From Lepidodermella squamata (Eukaryota; Animalia; Gastrotricha): a DNA stretch of 64,000 nt. Positions 48,301 through 59,938 of the stretch are shown here, in pieces. The stretch lies in NCBI GenBank assembly GCA_047495785.1, contig JBLDXI010000020.1, positions 2,666,001-2,730,000 of the forward strand. The letters run 5' to 3'. A program made the position numbers and the translations under genes. The notes beneath the pieces are model-generated. The model had not been told where the DNA came from. It was given only the letters and a program-made list of their open reading frames with translations, and ran no database searches. Positions within the stretch are counted from its first letter, which is position 1; each line of letters starts with the position of its first letter.

Positions 48301-49072
48301 ACGAGACAAATAACCGCTACTTGCAACGCAAAAAACAAACGTGTTGTGCTAAAAACGGGCGTGGACTTGAGAGAAGACGAAGAAAGATGCGCGCGCAAAA
48401 CATGTCAAAATTGTCGCGCGGAAATGATGTAATAATTTCACAGGTTTAAAAATCTCGCTAATACCTGACAAGTGGTCGTCGTCGGTTTTATCGACGACTT
48501 GTTAAAAGGCAACAGAAATTGTGCAGCCTCATCAGCGCGTCGCCGGCAGTGAGTTGATTTCGCCGTTGTGATACCTGTGCGCGCTTAGAAAATAAAAACG
48601 CAATAAACAACGTTTTTCTATTAATTTCAACGCGTGACGCTAGTGTCTCGCCGCGTATTAACACAGGTACCACTTCGGTTCCTACTACTACGACTACTAT
48701 CTAACATCTTCTTCCGAGCAGCGGTAATTTTTACACGAGGCGTTACATAAAATTTAGCCGTCGCGCGCGCGGCTAATGATAAATATTATTAGCGCTAATA
48801 ATGAAACATTTTTCTGCGCACGCGCGAGCCGCAAAAATTTTTGACAATATTTTCGCTTTCGGTAATTTCTTGTCATTTACGCAAGAGGTTTAGCATCGCA
48901 ACGCCAACCGCAGCACGACACTTGTCAATTGTCTTCTTACATTTTCTAACTACCTGCCTACCTGCTCGGCGCCGTGGGACTAATAAATCCGCACGCGTTC
49001 GACGTTGCAATAAAATTGGTTTAATATTTTATAATAAAGTACGCACGCGGACTTACTAAAAATTTGATGTCT

Positions 49073-49110
49073 CTCACTCACTCACTCACTCACTCACTCA
49101 CTCACTCACT
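49073..49110 (+). repeat. (CTCA)n tetranucleotide microsatellite
   Basis: About 9 perfect CTCA units. Confidence 0.9.
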
Positions 49111-51019
49111 TATGGCTACAACTCGCGCGTGCGCGACTATTTATTTTCGTTAAGAATTTAGACAAGGAATAACGGGGCGGAGGATGCTGAGCGAGGCTTT
49201 GTTTTTAAAACAATAATAAAAGCAATCACCTTACGAAGAGTGCACCCGTAAACACACGCGAAAGTGATAGTTTTGATTAGCGAATATATATAGGCATATA
49301 GGTAGTAAGTACAACTCACAATAATAAATTCGTTAAAACAATAGACGACTGCTGTTGGCATTTGTTATTGGTGTTTCTTGCGTGTCGCGCGAGACAGTGA
49401 TCATCAAGGCGATTTATCACGACTCATCTCTTTTAATTGGAGTGATAATAAAAATAAAAAGCAGGCGTCTTTTCAGCGGCGCGGGTGGTGGAGGTGGCTG
49501 CTGCTGCTGCTGCGATGAACAACGCGAACAATTTTTACGCGCACATAATTTGCGTTTTTGAAAACACCTGCGTGTGTTTATGTGCTGTTTATTGTTGTTT
49601 TTCCGACAACTAACAGCTGCTACTGCTGTGCGAAGAAACAGCGAAAGGTAAACGCGGCAGGCAGGCAAAAGTCAGCGCCGACAAACAACCGCAACCGGTT
49701 GTCGTCCTTCGCAAAAATTGAAGACGGAAAATATTATAATAGAACAGCGGAACAAGGCGACAAAACGTGAATTAAATTAAACAAAACAATAAAGAAAATA
49801 TAAAAACACAAATAAAAATGTTATTATTTATTGTATAAACGGGAATAATAACAATTTATCACACTTTTTTCGCCGGTATTTCATCATCATAAAATAATGA
49901 AAATAAAACAGCAGAATTCCTCATCGCCGCCGCCCGCAGAAAAACGTGATGTCTCGGCGCCACTTGGCGACGGCGGCAATTATCTGGCAATATAATAATA
50001 AAATACCTTTTTACTGCACCATGGATGCGCCGTATTTCCACAATTATTAAAATAATTATTGTTTGTCGCATATACAACTGGTTTATTTGACGAGACGCGC
50101 GGTGGAATCTTTATTTTTTACGTGCCACTTTTTCTTTAATGCGCGCGCGCGTATGGAAAGGTAATCGCATAAATAACAACAAGATAGTGCGCTGTTCAAT
50201 AATTTTCATCGTCACCACTCGACGCGCGCGGTGTTTTTGCGCATCGGCAAATTGAGTAACTATTTTGCAGAAAAATATAAATGCCTTTACACATTTATAT
50301 CGCAAGAGATAAACAGGCGTATTTACAGATATTTAGCAGCGAAAACATGACGTGATTTTTTTCAAGCAAAGTGCGTACGAAAATGTTGAGAAGACACGTA
50401 TATAACGCCGCAAGTTTTAGCAAAACACAGCAAAACTCAGGTATAAGAAAATACGCGCAAAGATACATTTGTAGCCGTAGGTATTTCTTACCCTGAATCA
50501 GGTTAAATCTCTGTTAAGTGTTGGCGTAGTATATAACAATCCATTACTGTTGTTGAGATGGAACGTGTGAAAAGACATTTAGCCTGGGATAAGCCGAAAA
50601 ATAACCACTCAGCCGGGTTTGTACGTGACTCAAATGGGACAAACGCACTCCAATTTGATCTGCTGCGTAGCTGAGAGTGATTAGTGAATACTTAGACTTT
50701 GGGTCTAATATCTCCCTAATAAAAGGAAATTTTCTCATGGCATGAACAATATATATAAAATAAACGATTTCTTTTCGTTTTTTTACATGCAATTATAAAA
50801 AGTTTCCCAGGCATGACCGAAAAAGATTCTATAAGCGCCACTAAAAATGCCGTTCCAGAACTAAATTTGTTCCGATTCTTTGCGATTTCTGCTTTTTCGT
50901 TTGCTGATCGATACTGGCGACCCCTGAACGTTGGATTTTTTATTTTAGACACATGGTGCCCTTATGCTATGAAGAAAAATTATCGATATTTGGCTTCCAA
51001 GCCGGTTAATTCGGGAAAT

Positions 51020-51200
51020 CACTGACTTGTGAAATCGATCCTTGAAATCGATATCGGCTCTACAGGCTGAAGTATATTATATCGTAAATTGACCGCATAT
51101 AGCGCAAAAATTCGCGCTAAACGGAGATTCATCGGTTGATCGGCATAATTACAAAAAATTGAGATTTAAGTTCTAGTTTTTAAAATTTATCATCAAAATA
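51020..51200 (+). repeat. Dispersed repeat, copy of 1190-1345
   Basis: Direct nucleotide similarity to 1190-1345. Confidence 0.75.
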
Positions 51201-51422
51201 CCATTATTTTTTTTCGCTAGAGCCTAATGAATGAAACTAAAGAGTTTTTTGAAATATGTATACGCCTTAAAATTTCAGTATTATTTCAAACACGTTAAAT
51301 AATCATAATCTAACGCCACTACGATTTACCACGCGGCTCAAAGATGGAATATACGTAAAACTTGAGCTTCACATGTACTTCGTTAATAATACTCCACAAA
51401 CGTTCACATTTTCATAAAAAAA

Positions 51423-52552
51423 ATGGAAAGCAGCCCAGCTGTATTGGTTGACACTGTAAACAGCGTCGATTTGAATTTCGCAGAGTCTAAAGCCTACCAA
51501 GAAATTCTAGGAAATTACATCTACCAAAAGGACCAAGATGCAGCGGCGAAAGAAATCCGCCGAGCCGTAGCCAGTTACCGGCAATTTTTCTACTTTGTCG
51601 CCACAACTTCGTCGAATGTTGGCGTTATCATTCCGCCGGGCATTGACAAAATTTGGCGCTGGCATTTATTGAACACCAGGCAGTACGTGAAAGACTGCCA
51701 GTCACTTTTCAAGCGATACCTCCACCATCGCGATTTAATTTTCAACAGCAAAACGATTCCAAGACAGGCCGTTGCCAAATTGCCAGTGCAACATCCTCAA
51801 AATGTCGACGATGAAGCGATGGAGATTTGGCGGGCGATAGAAAGGCTGGACTTCAGCTACATTTGGCGGAGTTTGCGCGATCGGAAGGGTGAAATTTGGG
51901 CGACACTTTTTGAGAATAAGCTAGAGATGGACTACAAGCGATTTTTGTTTTTAAATGCCGATAACCCTGATAGGGTTTACGTTCCCTGGTATCAGGCCTT
52001 GGAAGATTTTTGGTGTGAACACATTTTTCTAGACACGCATCGCTACTTCGACGATTGCAGCAAAATTATCGGTAATTTTTTCGAACAATTCACGATTTTT
52101 TTCTGAATTTGCGTTGTTTTTAAGGGGAATACCTTCACTTCGATCCGAACCTTGGAAAGAGCCCTGATATCAACAGATTGTTACATGAGACGAAGCTGGA
52201 CTTTGAAGATGTTTTCCCTCTATGTGAATTCAAAGTCGATATGAAGAAATATCCGGGTTTCACGGCGATGAATGCTGAAGATATTCATAACTTACCTGGG
52301 CCACTACCGGGAATCACCGAAGAAGAGGCTGAAATTGCTGCGGCAGAAGAGGCGGCGAATTTGCCTAATGAACCGGAACTAGATCATGTTGCCAAGGAAG
52401 CTGGCGGAAATGTTACAGAAGACATCAATGGCCCAGCAGCTTCGCAGCCCGAGGCTACAAAACATATGGAAGATTCAGCTAATATGGAATCATCTGAGAA
52501 GAAGGATGATCCTGAAGCCAAGACTGAAAGTCAGGATAAACATTCAGGGTGA
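51423..52552 (+). CDS. Protein with two GRDP/DUF1399-like domains and acidic tail; intron 52072-52124
   Basis: YRQFF...PPGIDKIWRWHLLNTRQYVKDCQSLFKRYLHH and YKRFLFL...LEDFWCEHIFLDTHRYFDDCSKIIG|...YLHFDP match the Y.RFL...D..WH.H.L....Y..DC....G..LHH pattern. Confidence 0.75.
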
Positions 52553-53580
52553 ACAACAACTGATGCGTTGAGACTGATTTCATTTTTCATTATCTTCGGA
52601 CGGCAAACTGAAAAAATAAAAACACTTGACTATAAGTTGATATTATTTGCTCAACAGCGACGAATTCGACCATGCTTTTGAACGGGCAGCAGCTATTGTA
52701 GCTCGAGATTATTAGATCAGTAATATCAAAATTTGTGAAGTTATAAAATTCGGCTTGTTGTTGTCACGGTAATATGTAGTTTTTCTGCCACCCTAATATT
52801 AAAAAAACCTTGTAGGGTGATTAAAACCCCAGGGTGTCTAAAATGGTATATCTCCGCAAACTGCGAAACCGTATAGATTCGGTGAAAACGGATAAAGAAA
52901 CCAGGCTTGGCGATGAGTCAGGACCTTTTTTTATGGGATTGGCAGCACCAAACTGATCTATAAATTGCCTTTTTTGTACGAACTATCGTCGGTGACCAAA
53001 CCGAATGCATTATTCTAGCTAGATCTCATCACGCTGATGAACTATTTCTTTGAGAGCGGCTTCCTAGATACCAACATTCTCGAGTTAATTACCCAGGTGT
53101 GACATCAGGTAAGGTCACCTGGCCAACAACTTAATGTTGGATTTTCTTGCTCCGCGATTTTTTAAATGGGCGGTAAATTCGCAATCTTTGAGGTTCGATC
53201 TTTTGAAAAAAAATTGGAAAAGTACCAAATTTGTGAGCAATTTGAAATAACTATATCTCAAATTGGCCAATATATCAAAATACCTGTTCGTAATTTTTCC
53301 AGCGCAATGCTGCTGATGGATTGAGGTGTTATTGCTTTCATTCATAAAAATTGGTCACAAGCGTAATTATTATTAGGCCGGCAATGAAACGCGTGCCATT
53401 ATTTTTGTTTTATTTTTATTCTCATTTATTATTATTAGCCTTACTCGCTTTACCCGCATTAGAAACCTCAGTTAATGACTGTCGATGCTTGACGTCGGTT
53501 AATCTGATTCTGCATAACCTTGGACCTATTCTAATTTCTGGAAATTTCTATTTTTCTAGTAAATATTTAGTAAATTTTGA

Positions 53581-55158
53581 ATGGCTATGAACGAAGCTCA
53601 CTGGAAGAGGAAAGCGCGCGAAGCTTTCGACCGGAACCTGGCAATTGAACGTGAAATGATCCTCGGCATGGGTCTGCTTAGTGCCGGTGAAATCCGTCTG
53701 ATGTCCGGCGGCCAGGTAGATGCTTTGCATCTCAGCGCCCCTCCGCAACTCGCCAACGCTTATTTACCCGCTGATGTCGATTTAATCCCCGAAAATCGGA
53801 CCACCTTGAATGAAATGCTGGTCAAAATGGGCCACTTACAGGTCGGAAAGTTTCTTCTCTGCCGGGCGATTTCACCGAGTCGAAAGGCGAGTAAATCTGA
53901 TATTCAGGTTCTTGTCGACGATCCGGATGGCGAGTATGCTTTGGGCATTATAATGCCGAAGAAGTTCGTTTCATTCCGCAACTCAACCGGAGCCATGAAA
54001 ACGGAAGAACTGGCCCAAATCCCGCCGGGAACAATCATGGCCCTGATGCATCCACTTTTCACGATGAACTCAACCAACATGATGAATCTGGTTTGCATGA
54101 ACCCTGCTGCTCATCTCGTCATCCTCGACAAGCGGCATCCGTTGCTTAAAGACGGAAAATTCAAATTCCGAGCCCCGCTACCCGATGGATCGATGGGCAC
54201 TGGTTCCGTAACTTTCGACAAATTGCCACCGAAAGAAGCTGGTTTGAAGTATTTCGAATCCGGAAATCAAGCTATGGCATCCTTCTGCTTCAACTTGGCA
54301 TTGCAGAGCGAAGAAAATCACGAGGCGAAGGCGAAGCAACACTCGAATCTTGCGTTGATCCATCTTAATTCGAGCAAACCAGATCTTGCGTTGCTTGAGG
54401 CTGAAAAAGGGCTGCAGTTGGACCCGAAAAATGTCAAGCTAATCCAGCGATTTGCCGTCTCGCTCTTCCGTCTAGCCCGTTATGATCACTGCATTGATTT
54501 CCTACAGCAGAACTCTGAGGCCCTCAAGAACTTCGAAGAGATGAAAAAGCTACAGGAGAATGCTAAGCAGGCAGCGTCAGAAGCTAAAACTGGTAAATTT
54601 GACTTCGACGCAATGGTCAAAGAAGCTAAATCAAGGGTTCATTTGGAGGGGCACCACGAGTTCTGGCTTCACGAAGATCTGGAGATCAAAGACCACCATC
54701 AAATCTTGGCTAAAGCTGATGTAGCTCCTGGGAATCTTCTGGTTGTCGAGAAAGCTTTCACCTACGTAAAGCCGTTAGCATCCCTTTCAGCCGGGCAGAA
54801 ATTCCTCGAGTTTATCACTGCTTTGTGCATTCGATTTTCATCTTCCAGCGAAGAGGAGCGGTACCTTTTCGAGCAGCTTGGCCGCGACTACAAACCGCCT
54901 CGCAAGGATTGGCCTGATCATTGCCCGCAACATGTTCGCGACAACTTGGGCCGATTCTACAAGTTTGAGCACATTGCGAAGGAAGCTAAAGTTGGCAAGG
55001 GCGATTCAATTGGTCTATGGCTCAAAGGATCGCTGGTTTCGAAGAGCAAGAAGGCTGACAAAGCCAATTGCCGTTTTCGCTTTGCTGGGGATTATCTGTT
55101 CATTGAATCTACTCGTGACATTAAACTTGGCGATCAGTTGTGTTTCGCGGACTTGTGA
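53581..55158 (+). CDS. Intronless TPR plus degenerate SET-domain protein
   Basis: TPR helices (HSNLALIHL...ALLEAEKGLQLDPKNVKLIQRFAVSLFRLARY). SET-like AKADVAPGNLLVVEKAF, GLWLKGSLV, ANCRFRFAGDYLFIESTRDIKLGDQL. Confidence 0.75.
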   Translation: MAMNEAHWKRKAREAFDRNLAIEREMILGMGLLSAGEIRLMSGGQVDALHLSAPPQLANAYLPADVDLIPENRTTLNEMLVKMGHLQVGKFLLCRAISPSRKASKSDIQVLVDDPDGEYALGIIMPKKFVSFRNSTGAMKTEELAQIPPGTIMALMHPLFTMNSTNMMNLVCMNPAAHLVILDKRHPLLKDGKFKFRAPLPDGSMGTGSVTFDKLPPKEAGLKYFESGNQAMASFCFNLALQSEENHEAKAKQHSNLALIHLNSSKPDLALLEAEKGLQLDPKNVKLIQRFAVSLFRLARYDHCIDFLQQNSEALKNFEEMKKLQENAKQAASEAKTGKFDFDAMVKEAKSRVHLEGHHEFWLHEDLEIKDHHQILAKADVAPGNLLVVEKAFTYVKPLASLSAGQKFLEFITALCIRFSSSSEEERYLFEQLGRDYKPPRKDWPDHCPQHVRDNLGRFYKFEHIAKEAKVGKGDSIGLWLKGSLVSKSKKADKANCRFRFAGDYLFIESTRDIKLGDQLCFADL

Positions 55159-55243
55159 TGATTTGATTTTCAAGCGAGGATAACTCAGAAATAAAATAAA
55201 CAATTTTGGCCCATGGTTTTTCGAATTAACTGAAGCTGTGTGC

Positions 55244-55279
55244 GGGGAAGGGAGGAGGGGGAGGGGGGGGGGGGGGGGG
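55244..55279 (+). repeat. G-rich/poly-G tract inside a repeat whose end (55357-55390) is shared with 16406-16438
   Basis: GGGGAAGGGAGGAGGGGGAG followed by ~17 G. CTCGAGGATCCTACTTC is the reverse complement of GAAGTAGGATCCTCGA at 16406. Confidence 0.6.
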
Positions 55280-55828
55280 TACGAGGGGTACTGTACCCCC
55301 ACTTCGAGAGGGCCCGGCGAAAAACCCCAACAAATCGTGGCTGAAAACACCCGAGCGAAAAATATACCCCCACCTCGAGGATCCTACTTCATCCACTGAG
55401 CGAAAAGTGCGGATACTTTATAATCTTTCGCCTACCTATTAGAATCACAGACTCACATCGAATGATTCATTTCTCAGGTGCCCAATGAGTATAACCACTT
55501 CAACATCATTCTTGGAAAACTTGCCACCACAGATAGGTTAGATTTACCGGAGGTTCAAAGTGCAATGACTCATGTACCGATAACTCATATTTCGGGCAAG
55601 AGAAGGTCCCTTACTAGTGTATATGCTGTCTGCTAATGAAGTCAAACTTATACTCGGACGTATGTTATCGCTTAAACTGAAAACTGAAGACGATTAGACA
55701 CGGCGATAAGAATTTTCGCTGCGCTTCGCGGTCCGAAAAGCCGGAGAATTGGGTCGAAATCTTACCGCACCCTCTTTCTCACGCCTGCACTTAATGGCGT
55801 TTGCTACTGATTCCAAGACAACACTGTC

Positions 55829-55835
55829 TATATAA
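55829..55835 (+). promoter_or_regulatory. TATA box of lipase gene
   Basis: TATATAA ~70 nt upstream of ATG 55899. Confidence 0.5.
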
Positions 55836-55898
55836 GACGCAATCTTAAGGTCATTTTACAACATCGCTAAATAATAGTTTGAACTTCCTATTGAAAAA

Positions 55899-56964
55899 AT
55901 GCACTGCAATATCTTCAACCTCGTTGTTCTTGCAACACTGGCCGTTGGCTATTCTCAAGCGGCCAAGACTCAATGCTACGACGGCCTCGGCTGCTTCTCG
56001 AATGAAAACCCTTTCAACGACCTGCCGCTTCCGATGGCTCCGGAAAAAATCGCGCCGAAATTTTACATGTTCCGCAACAACAAATACCAACTGATCAACA
56101 GCAGTTTGAACCTCGATATGAATCAAGTCGTCGTTATTGCCCACGGCTGGAATGAGTATTGGTCGGATGATGACAATGCTTATAGGGCTATTTTTGGCAA
56201 GCTAGAAAAGGTTCACCCAAATGCTGACCTTCTGTTTGTCGACTGGAAGAAAGGTGCCGAGAATGGCTTCGGGCTCAACTTGTACACCCAACCAGCCAGC
56301 AACACTCGAGTTATTGGCCCAATGATCAGGCAGTTTTTGGAGGCGAATCCGAAATTCGAGCCTAAAAACACCCATTGTATCGGTTTCTCCCTTGGGTCAC
56401 ACGTTTGCGGCTTCTTTGGCAAATCGATTACCAAGGGGAAATTGGGTCGCATCACAGCTCTGGACCCAGCTAATCCCAACTTCGATAAGAGAAATGCCAC
56501 CGCCCGAATTGACTCGGGTGATGCTGATTTCGTCGATGTTATCCACACATCTTGGTGCGGTCTTCAAATAGCTGTTGGCCACGTTGACTTCTGGGTAAAT
56601 GACGCCAATATTCAGCCTGGATGCTTAACACGCAGACGCCGACAGTCATACAGTAAACTTTCAATCATTTCTAGCATAAGCCGATTAATCACATCTATTT
56701 TTAGTTGACCCAACGAAAGACTTCTTTGGATGCTCTCACTTCCGAGCTCTATATGTCTATGCAGCATCTTTTGATGGCGCATCCGATTCCTGTTCGCTGA
56801 ATTACTGCCCATGTGAAACCAAGCAGCAGTTTTCCAAGGGCAAATGCAATCCTTGCGACGCGTCGGTTTCCCAACAAGTCGGGCACTGGTCCATCTTAAA
56901 TACGAACCGTGGAACCTTCTATGCCAAAACGTCAGGAAACCATCCGTTCTGCGTTCAAAAGTAA
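55899..56964 (+). CDS. Secreted pancreatic-lipase-family lipase/phospholipase A1 without PLAT domain; intron 56653-56704
   Basis: Signal peptide, CYDGLGCFS, AHGW, nucleophile GFSLG, ALDPA, DADFVDVIHT, GHVDFWVN...QPGC. Second exon supplies GCSHFRA (catalytic His) and ends HPFCVQK*. Confidence 0.92.
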
Positions 56965-57479
56965 TGACAATGAGCTTAAGCTTCAAAATTGAGGCTCACG
57001 ACATATCGGCTTCTTCAATTTTACAAATTGAAGTAAATTTTAATTCTGAATATAAAATCTCTTAATTGAAATAAAGTTGATGGCAAATGGCAAAAGAGAC
57101 TTTTAACGGTGTTTGAAATTCTACACAGGGTAACAGAACCCCTCTATTAAAATTTACTGATGACTTATGACGCATTATGAACCCGGAATTCATGAAAAGC
57201 TATCGATCTTCACGTGGGATATCCACGTGGATCGAATCAAGTGAACGTTGTAGCATAGTCATAATACAGAGTAACATATTATATAGACTGCAATGGGGTA
57301 GCGTGCTTTGAGGAAACGCCAAAAAAGCACTTAGCCGCACACATACCGCGAACGAAAACTGCAACCATTCCGGATGCTTTCGAAACACGATGTCTGGTTA
57401 ACCCGCCTCCGACCAAATCTCACAACTGTCATGATAAAAAGACTGATTCTTCTGCTTACTCATCTACCATAATTTCGCG

Positions 57480-59765
57480 ATGAATTTGTTTCATTGGATA
57501 CTGTTGACAGCCTCAGTTTCGACAGTAAAAGCTGCTGATCCGTTGGAGTATAACAATTCGAAACCATCAAATTTGAGCTTTCTCGCGTTCATACCATTTA
57601 GAATCAATGGTCGTACAACCTCCCCTGCGTGCGAGGCCGCGGTTCGCTTCGTCGTGAACCACGTTAATTCCCGGAGCGACATTCTCCCCGGTTATACATT
57701 GAACTTGCAGTTAGAAGACGAGGGGCCTGGAGCTAATGCTGGAAACGTGGGTCTTATGAAATTTATGCGCACCAGCAATCCAAAATCGCCAGTTGTTTTC
57801 GGACCGACAATTTCTTGCCACACACAAGCTTTGACAGCAAAAAAACTCGGCTTGACTGAGTTTTCCCCATTATGCGCTGGGCCTTACATTCTAGCCAGAA
57901 GAAACTTGTTCTCAAGCTTGTTCTCGGCTCAAATGCCCGCAGAATATACAGCAATGCCAGCTCTAGCTTTCATCAAATTGGTTGGCAATTGGAAAGAGAT
58001 TGCAATTTTAACCAACGCCAATAATCCTAATGAATACCTCATTGGTCAAAGATTGTATTCATCGGCGACTTCATCAGGAATCAATGTAGTTTATTATGCT
58101 AGCGAGTATGACATTACAATGCAATCAATACTAGACATCAAGTCAAGCAACGCCCGCGTCATAGCTCTTGCAGTTGTTTCGGCTCCGATGTGCGCCAAAC
58201 TTTTATGCTTCACCCATATGGCTGGCATGACGGCTCCGTACTATGTGTTCGTTAACATTCTTGTTTGTTTTAACGTCATTGAATCCCTTCAGCCATTTCC
58301 GCCCGGTTGTAACCGCTCCATGATATTTGACCAACTAAAGATAAGTTATTCTGTCACAATATACACAACTGCAGTCACTTCATTTCGTGGGCAATTCGGT
58401 TACACCACGTTAGACTTTGACAACAGTATTGCAAAGGTAGTCAACGACACGACACCTGCTTATGCTTTGAGGCAATTGTGCCACGATGCAGCAGTCGCAG
58501 CGATTTCAACGCTGGAAAACTCAGACAGAATTCTGCGGAAAAACTACAACAAGTCTTTGCTTGACTTTGAAAATGAGCCTGAGTTGATAGGTAAAATCGT
58601 TAGCAGCATGGCAATGCGAACTGACATCGCAGGTATCCGCACTGGCCGCATCACTTACGACGAGTTTGGAAACTTCGCGGAAGACTTTTATTTATCTCAA
58701 ATGAATAGCAAGGGTGATTGGGAAATCTTTGGTTCGATAACACCTATTTTGAATGCTACCGCATCCTCGCGTTATCGGTTGGACAGCTACAGGCTAAACA
58801 TTAGTCAGCAGGTAACATGGTCTACCAAGTCTGGACTTGTTCCTAAAGACTTGTCAGCCATTGGACGTGTTGAACTCAAATGCCTTGAAGGGGGCTCTTA
58901 TGGAATTTTGGTGTCAGCGTCTGCTCTTCCCATTGCTCAAATAATTCTGACAGCCATTGCATGCAAGAAACAGAAAAATGCAGTAGCTTTGACTCCTGTT
59001 CGAAGAATCTTTCTACTAGGTGTATTTATTCTGTTCAACTTTGAAGCCTCACTTCTAGTCGCTGGGACCGATTATTTTATTGAAATATTGTGCGCTCTCG
59101 CTCCGGCTGTTTGCGTTATTTCTATTACGAGTTTCCACGCTCTGCTAGCGCTACTGTTGGGTTGCTTTCCGCAGATCAAATTGCGCAGGAATGAGCGAAC
59201 TACCAGCGCGAAGAGCAAAAACACGCATCAAGTGTATCCGGATGATGTGCTGAAGGTTCAGGATGTAAGTGCAGAGGGGCCAGTCCGAAGATTCGGCATG
59301 TTCGGAAGGAAACGCAATGCTGCCCCTTTAACCGTTTTCCTACTCGCGAACATTGCGATACTTACTGGCTGGCTATCGGCTAACCAGCCGAAGGTCTTAA
59401 ATTTGATTTCTGAGCCACAGTTTGACGAGTACCGCGATAGCTATATCGAATTTCGGCAGTCGGTATGCGCCTATGAAAACTGGGCATACTGGGTTGGTTC
59501 TTTCCTTGTCCTGCAAATCCTGTGGTTGACTTCAGCACTTAGCCGCGCGTTCCGGAAGAAGTTACGCGGGACCAATGTGGAATTTACTATCGTGAAGATA
59601 GCTTTGATCAACGCGGCTGGGACGTTTTTGGCAATAATATTCATAATGCTTATCATATTAGCGAGCAAAGTATACTGTACCAAAGTGATTGCACTGGCTA
59701 TATGTTTCATCTTGTACTCGACTACAGCTTCAGTAATTTTGATGTATTCGAAAAAATTGATGTGA
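57480..59765 (+). CDS. Intronless divergent GABA-B-like class C GPCR, closest to 27843-30224
   Basis: VNSRSDILPGYTL, DEGPG, CAGPYILARRNLFS, TNANNPNEYL, YASEYDIT shared with the 27843 paralog; 7 TM helices. Confidence 0.88.
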   Translation: MNLFHWILLTASVSTVKAADPLEYNNSKPSNLSFLAFIPFRINGRTTSPACEAAVRFVVNHVNSRSDILPGYTLNLQLEDEGPGANAGNVGLMKFMRTSNPKSPVVFGPTISCHTQALTAKKLGLTEFSPLCAGPYILARRNLFSSLFSAQMPAEYTAMPALAFIKLVGNWKEIAILTNANNPNEYLIGQRLYSSATSSGINVVYYASEYDITMQSILDIKSSNARVIALAVVSAPMCAKLLCFTHMAGMTAPYYVFVNILVCFNVIESLQPFPPGCNRSMIFDQLKISYSVTIYTTAVTSFRGQFGYTTLDFDNSIAKVVNDTTPAYALRQLCHDAAVAAISTLENSDRILRKNYNKSLLDFENEPELIGKIVSSMAMRTDIAGIRTGRITYDEFGNFAEDFYLSQMNSKGDWEIFGSITPILNATASSRYRLDSYRLNISQQVTWSTKSGLVPKDLSAIGRVELKCLEGGSYGILVSASALPIAQIILTAIACKKQKNAVALTPVRRIFLLGVFILFNFEASLLVAGTDYFIEILCALAPAVCVISITSFHALLALLLGCFPQIKLRRNERTTSAKSKNTHQVYPDDVLKVQDVSAEGPVRRFGMFGRKRNAAPLTVFLLANIAILTGWLSANQPKVLNLISEPQFDEYRDSYIEFRQSVCAYENWAYWVGSFLVLQILWLTSALSRAFRKKLRGTNVEFTIVKIALINAAGTFLAIIFIMLIILASKVYCTKVIALAICFILYSTTASVILMYSKKLM

Positions 59766-59938
59766 GCATAATACGCCAGTGTTGATATAAGCAGCAACAC
59801 TAAAAGCAAGATTCGAATTATTGGGTTCATCTTCAAATAATACTGACTGAAATTCAGCGAAATTTATCATTGTAATGTTACTTGCTGATGTACTATCTTT
59901 CTATGAAGTAAAGGATACGAGATACTTATACGTATTCC

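Noticed and set aside
45528-50305. Numerous 60-127 aa ORFs, including a signal-like MLFVWCLLLLLLL at ~47450
   Set aside because: Low-complexity translations with no domains or consistent splice partners. A better phase-compatible signal exon exists at 45192-45324.
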